Of a stretch of 56,439 bases of DNA, positions 37,872 through 47,014 are shown one piece after another (the stretch's first letter is position 1; each line of letters starts with the position of its first letter). The position numbers were made by a program, and so were the translations under genes. Under the pieces are notes generated by a model. That model was not told where the DNA came from. It saw only the letters and a program-made list of their open reading frames with translations, and did not search any database. Origin of the DNA: Actinomycetota bacterium (lineage in GTDB: Bacteria > Actinomycetota > Acidimicrobiia > IMCC26256 > JACDBD01); the NCBI GenBank assembly GCA_046724655.1, contig JBKOWY010000099.1, forward strand, positions 1-56,439. The letters run 5' to 3'.

Positions 37872-38918
37872 CTATTCGCCGACGGACAGGCCGCCCCAGG
37901 CCACGACCGGCCCGGCGGCGTCGACGAGCGCGCGCGTGAGGGAGGCGTCGACGGGCACGTCCAGGATCGACACGCCGGGCTCACGCGTCGCCGCTTCGAG
38001 GTGCTCGAGGTGGTCGGCGGCGACGCGCACCGGGCCTCCTTCGCTCCACACGTCGACGACGAGCGCGGCGCCGAGCTCGGTGGCGAGCTCGAGCAGGGTC
38101 AGCGTCGCGTGGTGGAGCGGCTCGGTGGTCACTGCCACGGCGGCAAAGCCGCGCCGCGAGGCGACGAGTGCGAGCGCGGTGGCGAGACCAGGCGTGGCGA
38201 CGGCGGGGACGACGACCGTCCCCGGCTCGGTCGTCGGGAACGTGCGCGCCACCCACAGACCGGCCAGGCCGGGATCGGCCGTGATCACCCCACGCGGCGG
38301 AAGTGCGGCGCGGAGGTCGCCGACCGCGCGCGCGGGGTGCAGTGGCACGCGGTCATCGACGTATCCCGGCTGCGCGATTGCTGACAGGCGCCGGTAGAGC
38401 TCCGTCATGGGCATCGGCTCCGTCGCCGGCGCGATAGAGGCGGCGAGGCGCCCCAGCTGCTGAGGCGCGACCTCGACGACCGGCGCGAGAGCGACCCGTT
38501 CGGAAGGAGACTCGACAAAGTCGGTTCCGGTGGCGACGATCGCGTCGTAACGCGCGAAGTCGAGCAGCTCGAAGTCGCGCGCTTGCAGCCCGCACGTTCC
38601 CATGTGCTGCGGACTGTCCCACGGGAGAACACCCTTGGCGCCCCACGTGTTCGCGACAGGGACGTTGGCGGCGTCCGCGAAAGCACGGAGCGCCTCGATG
38701 CTTCTCGTGGCGACGACTCCAGGGCCGGCGAGCACGACGAAGCGACCGGCCGGGAGGTCCGCCGTCTGCACGCGGTCGCGTGCGTCGTCCGGTTCAGGGT
38801 CCAAGCCGAGCGAATACGCCAGCGCGGCCGGCACTTCGATGTGGTCGAAAGCCTCGGCGATCGGTTCGACGTCGGTACCTGTGGCCGCCGCACGCACTAG
38901 AAGGCCGACCGTTTCCAC
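37872..38918 (-). CDS. Degenerate thiamine-diphosphate-enzyme-like protein (central and C-terminal domains only)
   Basis: VVLAGPGV, PVANTWGAKGV.PWDSP.H.G, PLHPAR, ITADPG...WVAR; no GDG motif and no Pyr domain. Confidence 0.7.
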   Translation of the reverse strand: METVGLLVRAAATGTDVEPIAEAFDHIEVPAALAYSLGLDPEPDDARDRVQTADLPAGRFVVLAGPGVVATRSIEALRAFADAANVPVANTWGAKGVLPWDSPQHMGTCGLQARDFELLDFARYDAIVATGTDFVESPSERVALAPVVEVAPQQLGRLAASIAPATEPMPMTELYRRLSAIAQPGYVDDRVPLHPARAVGDLRAALPPRGVITADPGLAGLWVARTFPTTEPGTVVVPAVATPGLATALALVASRRGFAAVAVTTEPLHHATLTLLELATELGAALVVDVWSEGGPVRVAADHLEHLEAATREPGVSILDVPVDASLTRALVDAAGPVVAWGGLSVGE

Positions 38919-38971
38919 GCCGCCATCGTCCCACGGGGGTGAAAGTTGGCGGCAGATACAGTCACTCCGCC

Positions 38972-39679
38972 ATGCCCCACCGCAACCTCTATCTCCACGA
39001 GCTGATCGACATCGTCGGTGAGGGCGCGATGCGCTACATGGACCACACGGCCGGGTTCAACGCCGAAGCGGCGGCCGACCGTGGTCTCGAGCTCGTCGGC
39101 ACCTGGTACACGATGGGCTCCACGGGCCGGTGGCCGCAGGTCGTGAACCTGTGGGAGAGCGTCGAGGGATGGTCAGGGTGGCACCGGCTCATGGAGGCGA
39201 CGAACCTACGCCGAACCCGGAACCCGGAGCTCGTCGAGTGGTGGCAAGAAGCGCTGAAGACGCGCACCGGGGGATTCGACCGGCTGCTCGGCGCCGCGCC
39301 CGGTTGCCCGTCGCTCGCCGAGCTGCGCGCGAGCGGCGTGACGGGCTCGGTGTTCGTGCACGAGATCTCGGAGGTGCGCCCGGGCGACGCCCTGAACTAT
39401 CTCGCATCGGTGCGGGAGCTTCGGGCACCGATCCTGGCCGACCACGGCCACAGCCTCGTCGGTCTGTACGAGGTGCTGCTGACCGACGTCGAAGTGGTGA
39501 CGGTCTGGGCGACTGACCCGGCCGGGCACGAGTCGCTGATGCGTGCTGCCGACGAGCGGACCGACGACCGCATCGCCCGCTGGCACGAACAGGCGCGCGC
39601 CGCCGGTCGCACTCGCTGGCGCGAGGAGCTCATGACTCCGCACCCCGACACCCTGCTGTCGCGCGGCGACTCACTGTGA
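38972..39679 (+). CDS. NIPSNAP-like dimeric alpha/beta barrel protein
   Basis: Two repeats (LYLHE..I / VFVHE..EV), G.W.T.GSTGRWPQVVNLWE. Confidence 0.8.
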   Translation: MPHRNLYLHELIDIVGEGAMRYMDHTAGFNAEAAADRGLELVGTWYTMGSTGRWPQVVNLWESVEGWSGWHRLMEATNLRRTRNPELVEWWQEALKTRTGGFDRLLGAAPGCPSLAELRASGVTGSVFVHEISEVRPGDALNYLASVRELRAPILADHGHSLVGLYEVLLTDVEVVTVWATDPAGHESLMRAADERTDDRIARWHEQARAAGRTRWREELMTPHPDTLLSRGDSL

Positions 39680-40932
39680 GCCCGGCGCCGGCCTCGGGCC
39701 CGCTGAAGGGTGTGCGCGTGATCGAGAGCTCGTTGCTCGGGCCGGGCGAGCTCACGTCGTTTCTCGCCGATCTTGGCGCCGATGTGATCAAGGTCGAGCC
39801 ACCGCAGGGCGACTACGTGCGCCAGATGACGTGGCCGATCGTCGAGGGCGAATCCCTCTTGCACCTGCACATCCACCGCGGGAAGCGGAGTGTGACGCTC
39901 GATCTGCACAACCCTGCTGCGGTCGAGGTGTACACGGACCTCGTCCGCAACGCCGACGCGGTGGTCGAAGCGATGCGACCGGGGGCGCTCGAGCGGCGCG
40001 GCCTCGGGTACGAGCGCCTCAAGGAGGTGAACCCGCAGATCGTGTTCTGCACGCTCTCGGGTTACGGCATGACCGGGCCGTACCGGGACCTGCCCGCGCA
40101 CGGGATCGCGTTCGACACCTGGGCCGGCGTCGTGCAGCCCGCGTCCGACGACGAGGGCTTCTGCTACATGCCCGAACACCCGTCGATCGGGATCCACGCC
40201 GGACCGCTCCTCGGTGCGTTCGCGCTGCTCGCCGGCGTCGTGCGGGCGCGAGCGACGGGTACCGGATGCCAGATCGAGGTCGCGCAGTCCGACGCCGCCG
40301 CCTACATGGACTGGTACCGCATCGAGACCTGGAAGGCATACGAGCGCCCCGAGTCCGAGGTCACCGGGAACCCGAGCGACGACTACGAGCGCCGCGCGCC
40401 CGGCACCGCAGGTATGCGCGATGGGGTTCGCTACCAGATCTACGAGTCGTCCGACGGCCACGTGCTGTTCATGGCGTCCGAGCAGGCGTTCTGGCGCAAC
40501 TTCTGCCAAGGCGTCGGCCGCATGGACCTGTTCGAGCGTTGGCCCGGCAAGGCCTATGCGGATCACGCCCGCAACAACCGCGAGCTGCAGCGCGAGCTGC
40601 GCGAGATCTTCAAGACGAAGACGAGCGCGGAGTGGATCGACTTCGGCAACGAGGTCAACGTGCCCATCGCGCCCGTGAACTCGGCGCGCTCCATCGCCGA
40701 CGATCCGCAGTTCCGCGACCGCTTCCCCTGGATCTCGGCGTCGCGCCTCGGCGCCGACGAGATCCCGCTGCCGGTGCACGTCCTCGGTGAGGACCTCCCG
40801 GCGCCGGCGCGGGCGCCGAGGGTCGGTGAGCACACCGACGAAGTCCTGGCCGACGTGCTCGGCTACGACGCATCGCGAATCGAGCAGCTCCGCGGCGACG
40901 GTGCGCTCGGCGAGCCCGGCCCCGGGACCTGA
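39676..40932 (+). CDS. CaiB/BaiF family III CoA-transferase-like protein
   Basis: GPLKGVRV, LADLGADVIKVE, RGKRS..LDL, ADAVVE..RPG, SGYG.TGP, AP.VGEHT. Confidence 0.92.
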   Translation: MSPAPASGPLKGVRVIESSLLGPGELTSFLADLGADVIKVEPPQGDYVRQMTWPIVEGESLLHLHIHRGKRSVTLDLHNPAAVEVYTDLVRNADAVVEAMRPGALERRGLGYERLKEVNPQIVFCTLSGYGMTGPYRDLPAHGIAFDTWAGVVQPASDDEGFCYMPEHPSIGIHAGPLLGAFALLAGVVRARATGTGCQIEVAQSDAAAYMDWYRIETWKAYERPESEVTGNPSDDYERRAPGTAGMRDGVRYQIYESSDGHVLFMASEQAFWRNFCQGVGRMDLFERWPGKAYADHARNNRELQRELREIFKTKTSAEWIDFGNEVNVPIAPVNSARSIADDPQFRDRFPWISASRLGADEIPLPVHVLGEDLPAPARAPRVGEHTDEVLADVLGYDASRIEQLRGDGALGEPGPGT

Positions 40933-40946
40933 CGGACCGTCAGGTC
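40926..40946. promoter_or_regulatory. Perfect palindrome gacctgacgg-a-ccgtcaggtc upstream of TetR gene
   Basis: 10-bp arms; same CTGAC-N5-GTCAG core as 23278 and 1951. Confidence 0.6.
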
Positions 40947-41041
40947 GAGCGCTACCGACGGGTAGCCTGACAGGCCGCGGCGAGCGGCGGCTTGGCCGAC
41001 CGCCGCCGCAAAGCCGGAGCTTGCGACGGCGAAGGAGGAAA

Positions 41042-41707
41042 ATGAGCTCGTCGCCGACGACCGCGGCCACGACCGAGTCGGCGGTAGCGCTCGACGGTCG
41101 GCCCCTGGGAAAACGGGGTGCTGCGACTCGCCGGCGCCTGGTCGAAGCAACCGCGCAGCTGCTCGAGAGCCAGGGTGTACGCGATCTTCGGGTTGTCGAC
41201 ATCGCCCGGGTGGTCGGCACTTCTCCGGCGACCTTCTACCAGTACTTCCGTGACGTCGAGGAGGCGGTGCTGGCACTGACCGCGGAGGTCGGGGAGGAGC
41301 TGGCGCCCGTCGACGAGCTCCTGCGCCGGTCGTGGACGGGCCCCTCGGGACTCGACGCCGCTCGGGAGATGGTCGACGCGTTCATTCGTTACTGGGACGA
41401 GCACCGGGCCGTGCTCCGTACCCGCAACCTCGCCGCCCAGGAAGGCGACCCGCGCTTCCGGCACGTCCGCAACGACTCGCTGCGGCCGCTCACCGATCAT
41501 CTCGCCGCCGCGGTCGCCGACTCGCAGGCGGCGGGGCGTGTCAGCACCGAGATCGCGCCGATGGCGGCGGCGGCAGCGCTCGTCGCGCTGCTCGAGCGCA
41601 TGGCCGCCTTCCACCGTGACCTGGAGACACTCGGCATCACCCGCGCCGACGTGGTCGAGACGACAGCCCGCATCGTGCACCAGACCGTGACCGGCGGGAA
41701 GGACTAG
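41042..41707 (+). CDS. TetR family transcriptional regulator
   Basis: TRRRLVEAT..LL...G...LRVVDIAR.VGTSPATFYQYF; RBS aaggagg. Confidence 0.95.
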   Translation: MSSSPTTAATTESAVALDGRPLGKRGAATRRRLVEATAQLLESQGVRDLRVVDIARVVGTSPATFYQYFRDVEEAVLALTAEVGEELAPVDELLRRSWTGPSGLDAAREMVDAFIRYWDEHRAVLRTRNLAAQEGDPRFRHVRNDSLRPLTDHLAAAVADSQAAGRVSTEIAPMAAAAALVALLERMAAFHRDLETLGITRADVVETTARIVHQTVTGGKD

Positions 41708-41709
41708 GG

Positions 41710-42255
41710 ATCACGCCTTCCCTCGACATCGTCTTTCTCTGCACCGGCAACGCGGCCCGCTCGGTGATGGCAGGCGCGTTCCTCGAGAACCGAGTGCCGG
41801 GCCTGCGCGTCACGACGGCGGGGACGCACGTCGTCGAAGGCATGCCGATGAGCTGGCGCACGCGCGACGCGATTGCGGAGTTCGGCGCGGAACGCACCAT
41901 GCACCGCAGCCATCAGCTCAACGACGCCGACGTCACCTCCGCAGATGTCGTGATCTGCATGGCCGCGGAGCACGTCGCTTACATGCGGCGCATCCACCCC
42001 GAGGCCGCCGCGAAGACGGTCACGCTCCGGCGGCTGGTCCGCGACCTCCCTTCCGCGCCCGGCGCGACCTTCCGTGAGCGCATCGCGTCGCTGGGTCTCG
42101 CCGACGTCGAGCTCGAACCGGCGGAGGACGTCGAGGACCCCGCTGGAGGCGACCTGCCGGTTTTCCGCGCCTGCGCGCGCGAGATCCACGACCTGATCGA
42201 CCTGCTCGTCCCCGAGCTCGGGGACAGAGCCACGCGCGACGAGGAGATCGCGTAG
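41710..42255 (+). CDS. Low-molecular-weight protein-tyrosine phosphatase / ArsC-like protein
   Basis: IVFLCTGNAARS P-loop upstream of the ORF-track start, TAGT, ADVVICM, DVEDP.G; predicted ATC start. Confidence 0.88.
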   Translation: MTPSLDIVFLCTGNAARSVMAGAFLENRVPGLRVTTAGTHVVEGMPMSWRTRDAIAEFGAERTMHRSHQLNDADVTSADVVICMAAEHVAYMRRIHPEAAAKTVTLRRLVRDLPSAPGATFRERIASLGLADVELEPAEDVEDPAGGDLPVFRACAREIHDLIDLLVPELGDRATRDEEIA

Positions 42256-42258
42256 CGA

Positions 42259-43818
42259 CTACGACGCCGCGAGCGCAGCCCTCGTGCCCGACGGGTGGGC
42301 CGTCACCTCGAGCTCGCGGCCGAAGACCTTCTCGAACAGGTCGCGCTTGCGGTGCGTTGCCCACCGTTCGAGCTCGGTGTCGCGATCGGTTGACAGCCGG
42401 ATCATCACCAGCGACGGCCCCACTCGGACGTCGATCGCCTCCACCGCCTGGCTACGGCTGCGGTCGAGACCGTCGGCGATGCGCAACAGCGCGGCCAACT
42501 TTCGTAGCCGCTTCTCGTCGCCGGGGTCGATCGGGGCCAGCTCGTCCGCAGCGCGGGGATCTCCGCGCCGGTGCCACCGGGCAAGCGCGCCCAGAAGTGC
42601 AACCTCCTCGGGCGCGAAGCCGCGCAGCTGCCCGTGTCGGACGAGATACGCGGCGTGAAGGTGGTGCCCGTCGTGGGCGACGTGCTCCCCGATGTCGTGC
42701 AGCAGCGCGGCGTACTCGAGCAGCTCGCGCTCGGTCTCGCCGAGCCCGTGCAGCTCCTCGGTCTGGTCGAACAGGTTGAGCGCAAGGCGGGCAACCTGGC
42801 GCGAGTGCTCCTCCGGGAAGCTGCACCGCCGAGCCAGGCTCTGCACCGACGCCCGCCGAATCGCGCGAGGATCATCAGTCCAGTCCGCCGGATCGTGGTG
42901 ACCGATCGCATCGAGCAGGATGCCCTCACGCAGCGACCATTCGCTCACGATCATCTTGCCGAAATCGAATACCTCCATCGCGGTCGCCAGGAACATCGAG
43001 CCGGCGACGATGAGGTCGACGCGCCGCGGCTCGAGCCCGTCCATCTTGCGCCGCTCGGACGCCTTCGAGGACAGAAGGTCCTCGTGCAGCGCGAAGAACT
43101 CATCGCGCGTGAACGCAAGCTGGTTGAGCGAAACGGGCACCTGCGCGTCGCGCCGGGCCGCGACCATGCGGGCGAGGTCCTCGAGGGTCCCGCTGCTACC
43201 CACCACGAGCTTCGGTTCGAAGCTGCTGATGTGGTCGGCTGTGGGACGCAGCGTGTCCCGCAGGTGCTCGCGCAGTGCGCGCCGGTCCGGCTTCGAGATC
43301 GGGTCGGAGTGCACGAAGTCGGCGGTGAGGCGGGCGACGCCGATGTTCTCGCTCGCCGCCCACTGCAGACCGGCGGCGGTGCCGACCATCACCTCGAGGC
43401 TGCCGCCGCCGAGGTCGAAGCACAGCGCCGGCGCCGGCTCGAGCACCACGCTGGCGCGGATGGCGCCGAAGATGAGCCGGGCCTCGGTCAGGCCGTTGAT
43501 CACGTCGACTTTGACGCCGGTCTCGCGCTCGATGCGGTCGACGAGATCGCAACCGTTGACGGCCTGCCGGATGGCGCTCGTCGCGCACGCGATGAACTCG
43601 GGCGTGTCAGCTGCGTCGGCCAGCATCTTCATGCGGCGCACGGTGGCGACGGCAAGGTCGGCGGCGTCCGGCGGGATGCGACCTTCGCGGCTCACGTGGT
43701 CGCCGAGGCGGAGCATCTCCTTCTCGCGGGCGAGCGGCGTGAAACTGCCGTCCTCATGGACGTCGGCGATCAAAAGGTGGAACGAGTTGGTTCCCAGGTC
43801 GAGCGCCGCGATGCGCAT
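42259..43818 (-). CDS. ppx: Ppx/GppA exopolyphosphatase with HD domain
   Basis: AALDLGTNSFH, ATSA.R, EARL, DLGGGS.E, LREG, LLHDIG. Confidence 0.93.
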   Translation of the reverse strand: MRIAALDLGTNSFHLLIADVHEDGSFTPLAREKEMLRLGDHVSREGRIPPDAADLAVATVRRMKMLADAADTPEFIACATSAIRQAVNGCDLVDRIERETGVKVDVINGLTEARLIFGAIRASVVLEPAPALCFDLGGGSLEVMVGTAAGLQWAASENIGVARLTADFVHSDPISKPDRRALREHLRDTLRPTADHISSFEPKLVVGSSGTLEDLARMVAARRDAQVPVSLNQLAFTRDEFFALHEDLLSSKASERRKMDGLEPRRVDLIVAGSMFLATAMEVFDFGKMIVSEWSLREGILLDAIGHHDPADWTDDPRAIRRASVQSLARRCSFPEEHSRQVARLALNLFDQTEELHGLGETERELLEYAALLHDIGEHVAHDGHHLHAAYLVRHGQLRGFAPEEVALLGALARWHRRGDPRAADELAPIDPGDEKRLRKLAALLRIADGLDRSRSQAVEAIDVRVGPSLVMIRLSTDRDTELERWATHRKRDLFEKVFGRELEVTAHPSGTRAALAAS

Positions 43819-43865
43819 TACGGCCGACTGTAACGGCGTTACCCGCCCAGAGTTACGATCTCCGC

Positions 43866-45338
43866 ATGAGCGAACTGATGGCTGAGCAACGGATGCTGAT
43901 CGACGGCAAGCTCTTCGAGGCGGCGTCGGGAGCCACGTACGGCAACATCAACCCGGCCACCGAAGACGTCGCGGGCGAGGTGGCCGACGGGGGCGCCGAG
44001 GACATGGACCGGGCGATCGACGCCGCTCGTCGTGCGTTCGATGACACCGACTGGGCGGGGAATCCGGCGTTCCGGAAGCGATGCCTGCGGCAGCTGAAGG
44101 ACGCGCTCGACAAGGAGAAGGAGACGCTCCGGCCGCAGATCGTGACCGAGGTCGGCGCGCCGATCATGCTCACGTACGCCGTGCAGCAGGACTCCTGCAT
44201 CGAGGACATGCAGTGGGAGATCGATCTCATCGACCGGTACGACTGGGAGCAGGAGCTCCCGGTCCATGAGTTCATGGGCATGCGCAGCTCACGCAAGGTC
44301 GTGCGCGAGCCGGTGGGCGTGGTCGGCGCGATCACCCCGTGGAACTTCCCCTTCATGCTCAACCTGTCGAAGATCACGCCTGCGCTGGCGGCCGGCAACA
44401 CCGTCGTCCTCAAGCCCGCGCCCGATACACCCTGGAGCGCGACGTTCATCGGTCGCGTCGCCGCCGAGCAGACAGACATCCCGGCGGGTGTGCTCAACAT
44501 CGTCACGTCGAGTGATCCGGCGACGGTAGGCGAGGTACTGGCCAACGACCCGCGCGTCGACATGATCAGCTTCACCGGCTCCACCGCCACGGGGCGCCGC
44601 ATTATGGCCAACGGGGCTCAGACGCTAAAGAAGGTGTTCCTCGAGCTCGGCGGCAAGTCCGCAAACGTGATCCTCGACGACGCCGACCTCGCGTCGACTG
44701 TCCCGTCCGGGTCCATGGTGTGCATGCATGGCGGGCAGGGCTGCGCGATCACGACACGGATGTTGCTGCCGAAGTCGCGTTACGACGAGGCGGTCGACAT
44801 GCTCAAGGCCGCGTTCGAGGCCGTCCCGTACGGCGACCCGACCGATCCCGGCAACATCATGGGGCCCCTGATCAACGCCCGGCAGCGCGACCGCGTGCTC
44901 GGCTACATCGAAAAGGGCAAGGCCGAGGGAGCCAAGCTGCTCGTCGGCGGCGGCCGTCCACGGCATCTCGAGAAGGGCTACTACGTCGAACCGACGCTGT
45001 TCGTGGATGTCGACCCCGACGCGACGATCGCCCAGGAGGAGATCTTCGGGCCCGTGCTGTGCGTCCTGAAGTACGAGAACGACGACGACGCCGTCCGCAT
45101 CGCCAACAACTCCATGTACGGGCTGTCCGGCGCCGTGACGAGCGCGTCGATCGACCGAGCCGAGGCCGTCGCCCGGCGCATCCGCACCGGCACGGTCGCC
45201 GTGAACGGCGGCCTGTGGTTTGGTCCGGATTCGCCGTTCGGTGGGTACCGTCAGAGTGGCAACGGACGCGAGCACGGAATCGAAGGATTCGAGGAGTACC
45301 TCGAGACGAAGACGCTGGGATTCCCCGCCCCGGCGTAG
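43866..45338 (+). CDS. Aldehyde dehydrogenase
   Basis: PWNFP, FTGS, LELGGK, GQGC, EEIFGP. Confidence 0.96.
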   Translation: MSELMAEQRMLIDGKLFEAASGATYGNINPATEDVAGEVADGGAEDMDRAIDAARRAFDDTDWAGNPAFRKRCLRQLKDALDKEKETLRPQIVTEVGAPIMLTYAVQQDSCIEDMQWEIDLIDRYDWEQELPVHEFMGMRSSRKVVREPVGVVGAITPWNFPFMLNLSKITPALAAGNTVVLKPAPDTPWSATFIGRVAAEQTDIPAGVLNIVTSSDPATVGEVLANDPRVDMISFTGSTATGRRIMANGAQTLKKVFLELGGKSANVILDDADLASTVPSGSMVCMHGGQGCAITTRMLLPKSRYDEAVDMLKAAFEAVPYGDPTDPGNIMGPLINARQRDRVLGYIEKGKAEGAKLLVGGGRPRHLEKGYYVEPTLFVDVDPDATIAQEEIFGPVLCVLKYENDDDAVRIANNSMYGLSGAVTSASIDRAEAVARRIRTGTVAVNGGLWFGPDSPFGGYRQSGNGREHGIEGFEEYLETKTLGFPAPA

Positions 45339-45348
45339 GAGGAACGAC

Positions 45349-46131
45349 GTGACAACGAACGAGATCGAGACGCTCATGCAGGGAACGAACTACCTGCCGA
45401 AGTTCGAGACCGTCGAGGAGGATCGCCTGCACCGCAAGCAGCGGCTGGCGGCGGCGTTCCGGCTCTTCGGGCGGTTCGGGTTCGACGAGGGTGTCGCCGG
45501 CCACATCACGGCCCGGGACCCCGAGCGCCTCGACCACTTCTGGGTGAACCCGTTCGGCATGAACTTCAGCCACATCCGCGTATCCGACCTGATCCTCGTG
45601 GACGACAAGGGCGAGGTCGTCGAGGGTGAGTACGGCGTGAACACGGCGGCGTTCGTCATCCACTCGCAGGTGCACGCCGCCCGCCCAGACGTGATCGCTG
45701 CTGCGCACGCGCACTCGATCTACGGCAAGTCGTGGTCAGCTCTGGGCCGGCTGCTCGACCCGATCACCCAGGACGTGTGTGCCTTCTACGAGGACCACGC
45801 GCTCTTCGACGACTACACCGGCGTCGTGCTCGACCTCGAAGAAGGCAAGCGTCTCGCCCACGCGCTCGGCGACAAGAAGTCGGTCATCCTCCGGAACCAC
45901 GGCCTGCTCACGGTCGGTCACTCGGTCGACGAGGCAGCGTGGTGGTTCATCACGATGGAGCGGTCGTGCCAAGCGCAGCTGCTCGCGCAAGCGGCCGGCG
46001 ACCCCGTGCTGATCGAACCCGACATGGCGAAGCTCACCGCGTCGCAGGTGGGCTCGCACGCGGCAGGGTACTTCAGCTTCCAGCCTCTCTACGACAAGAT
46101 CGTCCGCGACCAACCGGACCTGCTCGAGTAA
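45349..46131 (+). CDS. Class II aldolase/adducin family protein
   Basis: EGVAGHITARDP, AAFVIHS, AAAHAHS, ILRNHG; RBS aggagg. Confidence 0.93.
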   Translation: MTTNEIETLMQGTNYLPKFETVEEDRLHRKQRLAAAFRLFGRFGFDEGVAGHITARDPERLDHFWVNPFGMNFSHIRVSDLILVDDKGEVVEGEYGVNTAAFVIHSQVHAARPDVIAAAHAHSIYGKSWSALGRLLDPITQDVCAFYEDHALFDDYTGVVLDLEEGKRLAHALGDKKSVILRNHGLLTVGHSVDEAAWWFITMERSCQAQLLAQAAGDPVLIEPDMAKLTASQVGSHAAGYFSFQPLYDKIVRDQPDLLE

Positions 46132-46183
46132 CGCGCATGGGCAGGCGTGACTACGAGAACGAAGCTCGCGCGGAGGAAGCCGA

Positions 46184-46978
46184 CTAGCTCCCGGCGCGGC
46201 GGCTCCGCAGGTATTCGATCGAGCCCTGCAGGAACCTGTCGGGGTCGGCGACCTTGCCGGCGACGATGTCTTGGAACCACTCCGGCACGTAGATCTCCAA
46301 CGTGCCCGAGTCGAGCTGGTTCACGACGGGCTGCACGACGGCGTCGACAGGGAGCGCCATGCTCATGTCGGCGATGGGCTCGTCGTTGTCGGGCAACCGG
46401 AACAGCTCGGTGTCGATGATGCCCGGGTTCACGACGTGGACCTTCACGCCGGTGTCGGCGAGGTCGACGGCCATCGCTTCGGAGAACGCGGTCAGCGCCG
46501 CCTTGGAGGCGGCGTAGGCGGCCTCCGTCCCAGGCCCGAGCCGCGCTGCGACCGACGAGATGTTCACGATCCGTCCGTCTCGATCGGTCAGGCCAGGCAG
46601 TAGCGCGAGCGTCAGGCGTACGGGCGACAAGTAGTTGAGCGCCATCACCGACTCGACGACGTCGGGCGTCAACTGCGTGACGGCGCGGCGCTTAGGGACA
46701 CCGGCGTTGTTCACCAGCACGTCGATCCCGCCCAGCTCGTCGACGGCGAGGCGCGCGAACGGCTCAATCCCGTCGAGTTCAGACAGGTCGATCACCCAGG
46801 ACCGTGACTCGGGCGAGTGTTGACGGACGCGTTCGAGCACGTCACGCAGACGGTCTTCACGCCGCGCGCAGATCCCGACGATCGCGCCGCGTTCGGCAAA
46901 GCCCTCGGCAAGCGCCGCGCCGATGCCCGACGACGCTCCGGTGATCAAGACCTTCCTGTTTGCAAGCGAGTAGCTCGT
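46184..46978 (-). CDS. SDR family oxidoreductase
   Basis: TGASSGIG, NNAG, YAASK; start ACG 46978 (leaderless) or TTG 46948. Confidence 0.9.
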   Translation of the reverse strand, partial: TSYSLANRKVLITGASSGIGAALAEGFAERGAIVGICARREDRLRDVLERVRQHSPESRSWVIDLSELDGIEPFARLAVDELGGIDVLVNNAGVPKRRAVTQLTPDVVESVMALNYLSPVRLTLALLPGLTDRDGRIVNISSVAARLGPGTEAAYAASKAALTAFSEAMAVDLADTGVKVHVVNPGIIDTELFRLPDNDEPIADMSMALPVDAVVQPVVNQLDSGTLEIYVPEWFQDIVAGKVADPDRFLQGSIEYLRSRRAGS

Positions 46979-47014
46979 GCCGGGCAGCTTAGGAGGGCGG
47001 TAGCCTGCGCCGCC

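Noticed and set aside
40951-41041. GC-rich hairpins in the TetR leader as a possible riboswitch
   Set aside because: No recognisable aptamer motif; such pairing is expected at this GC content
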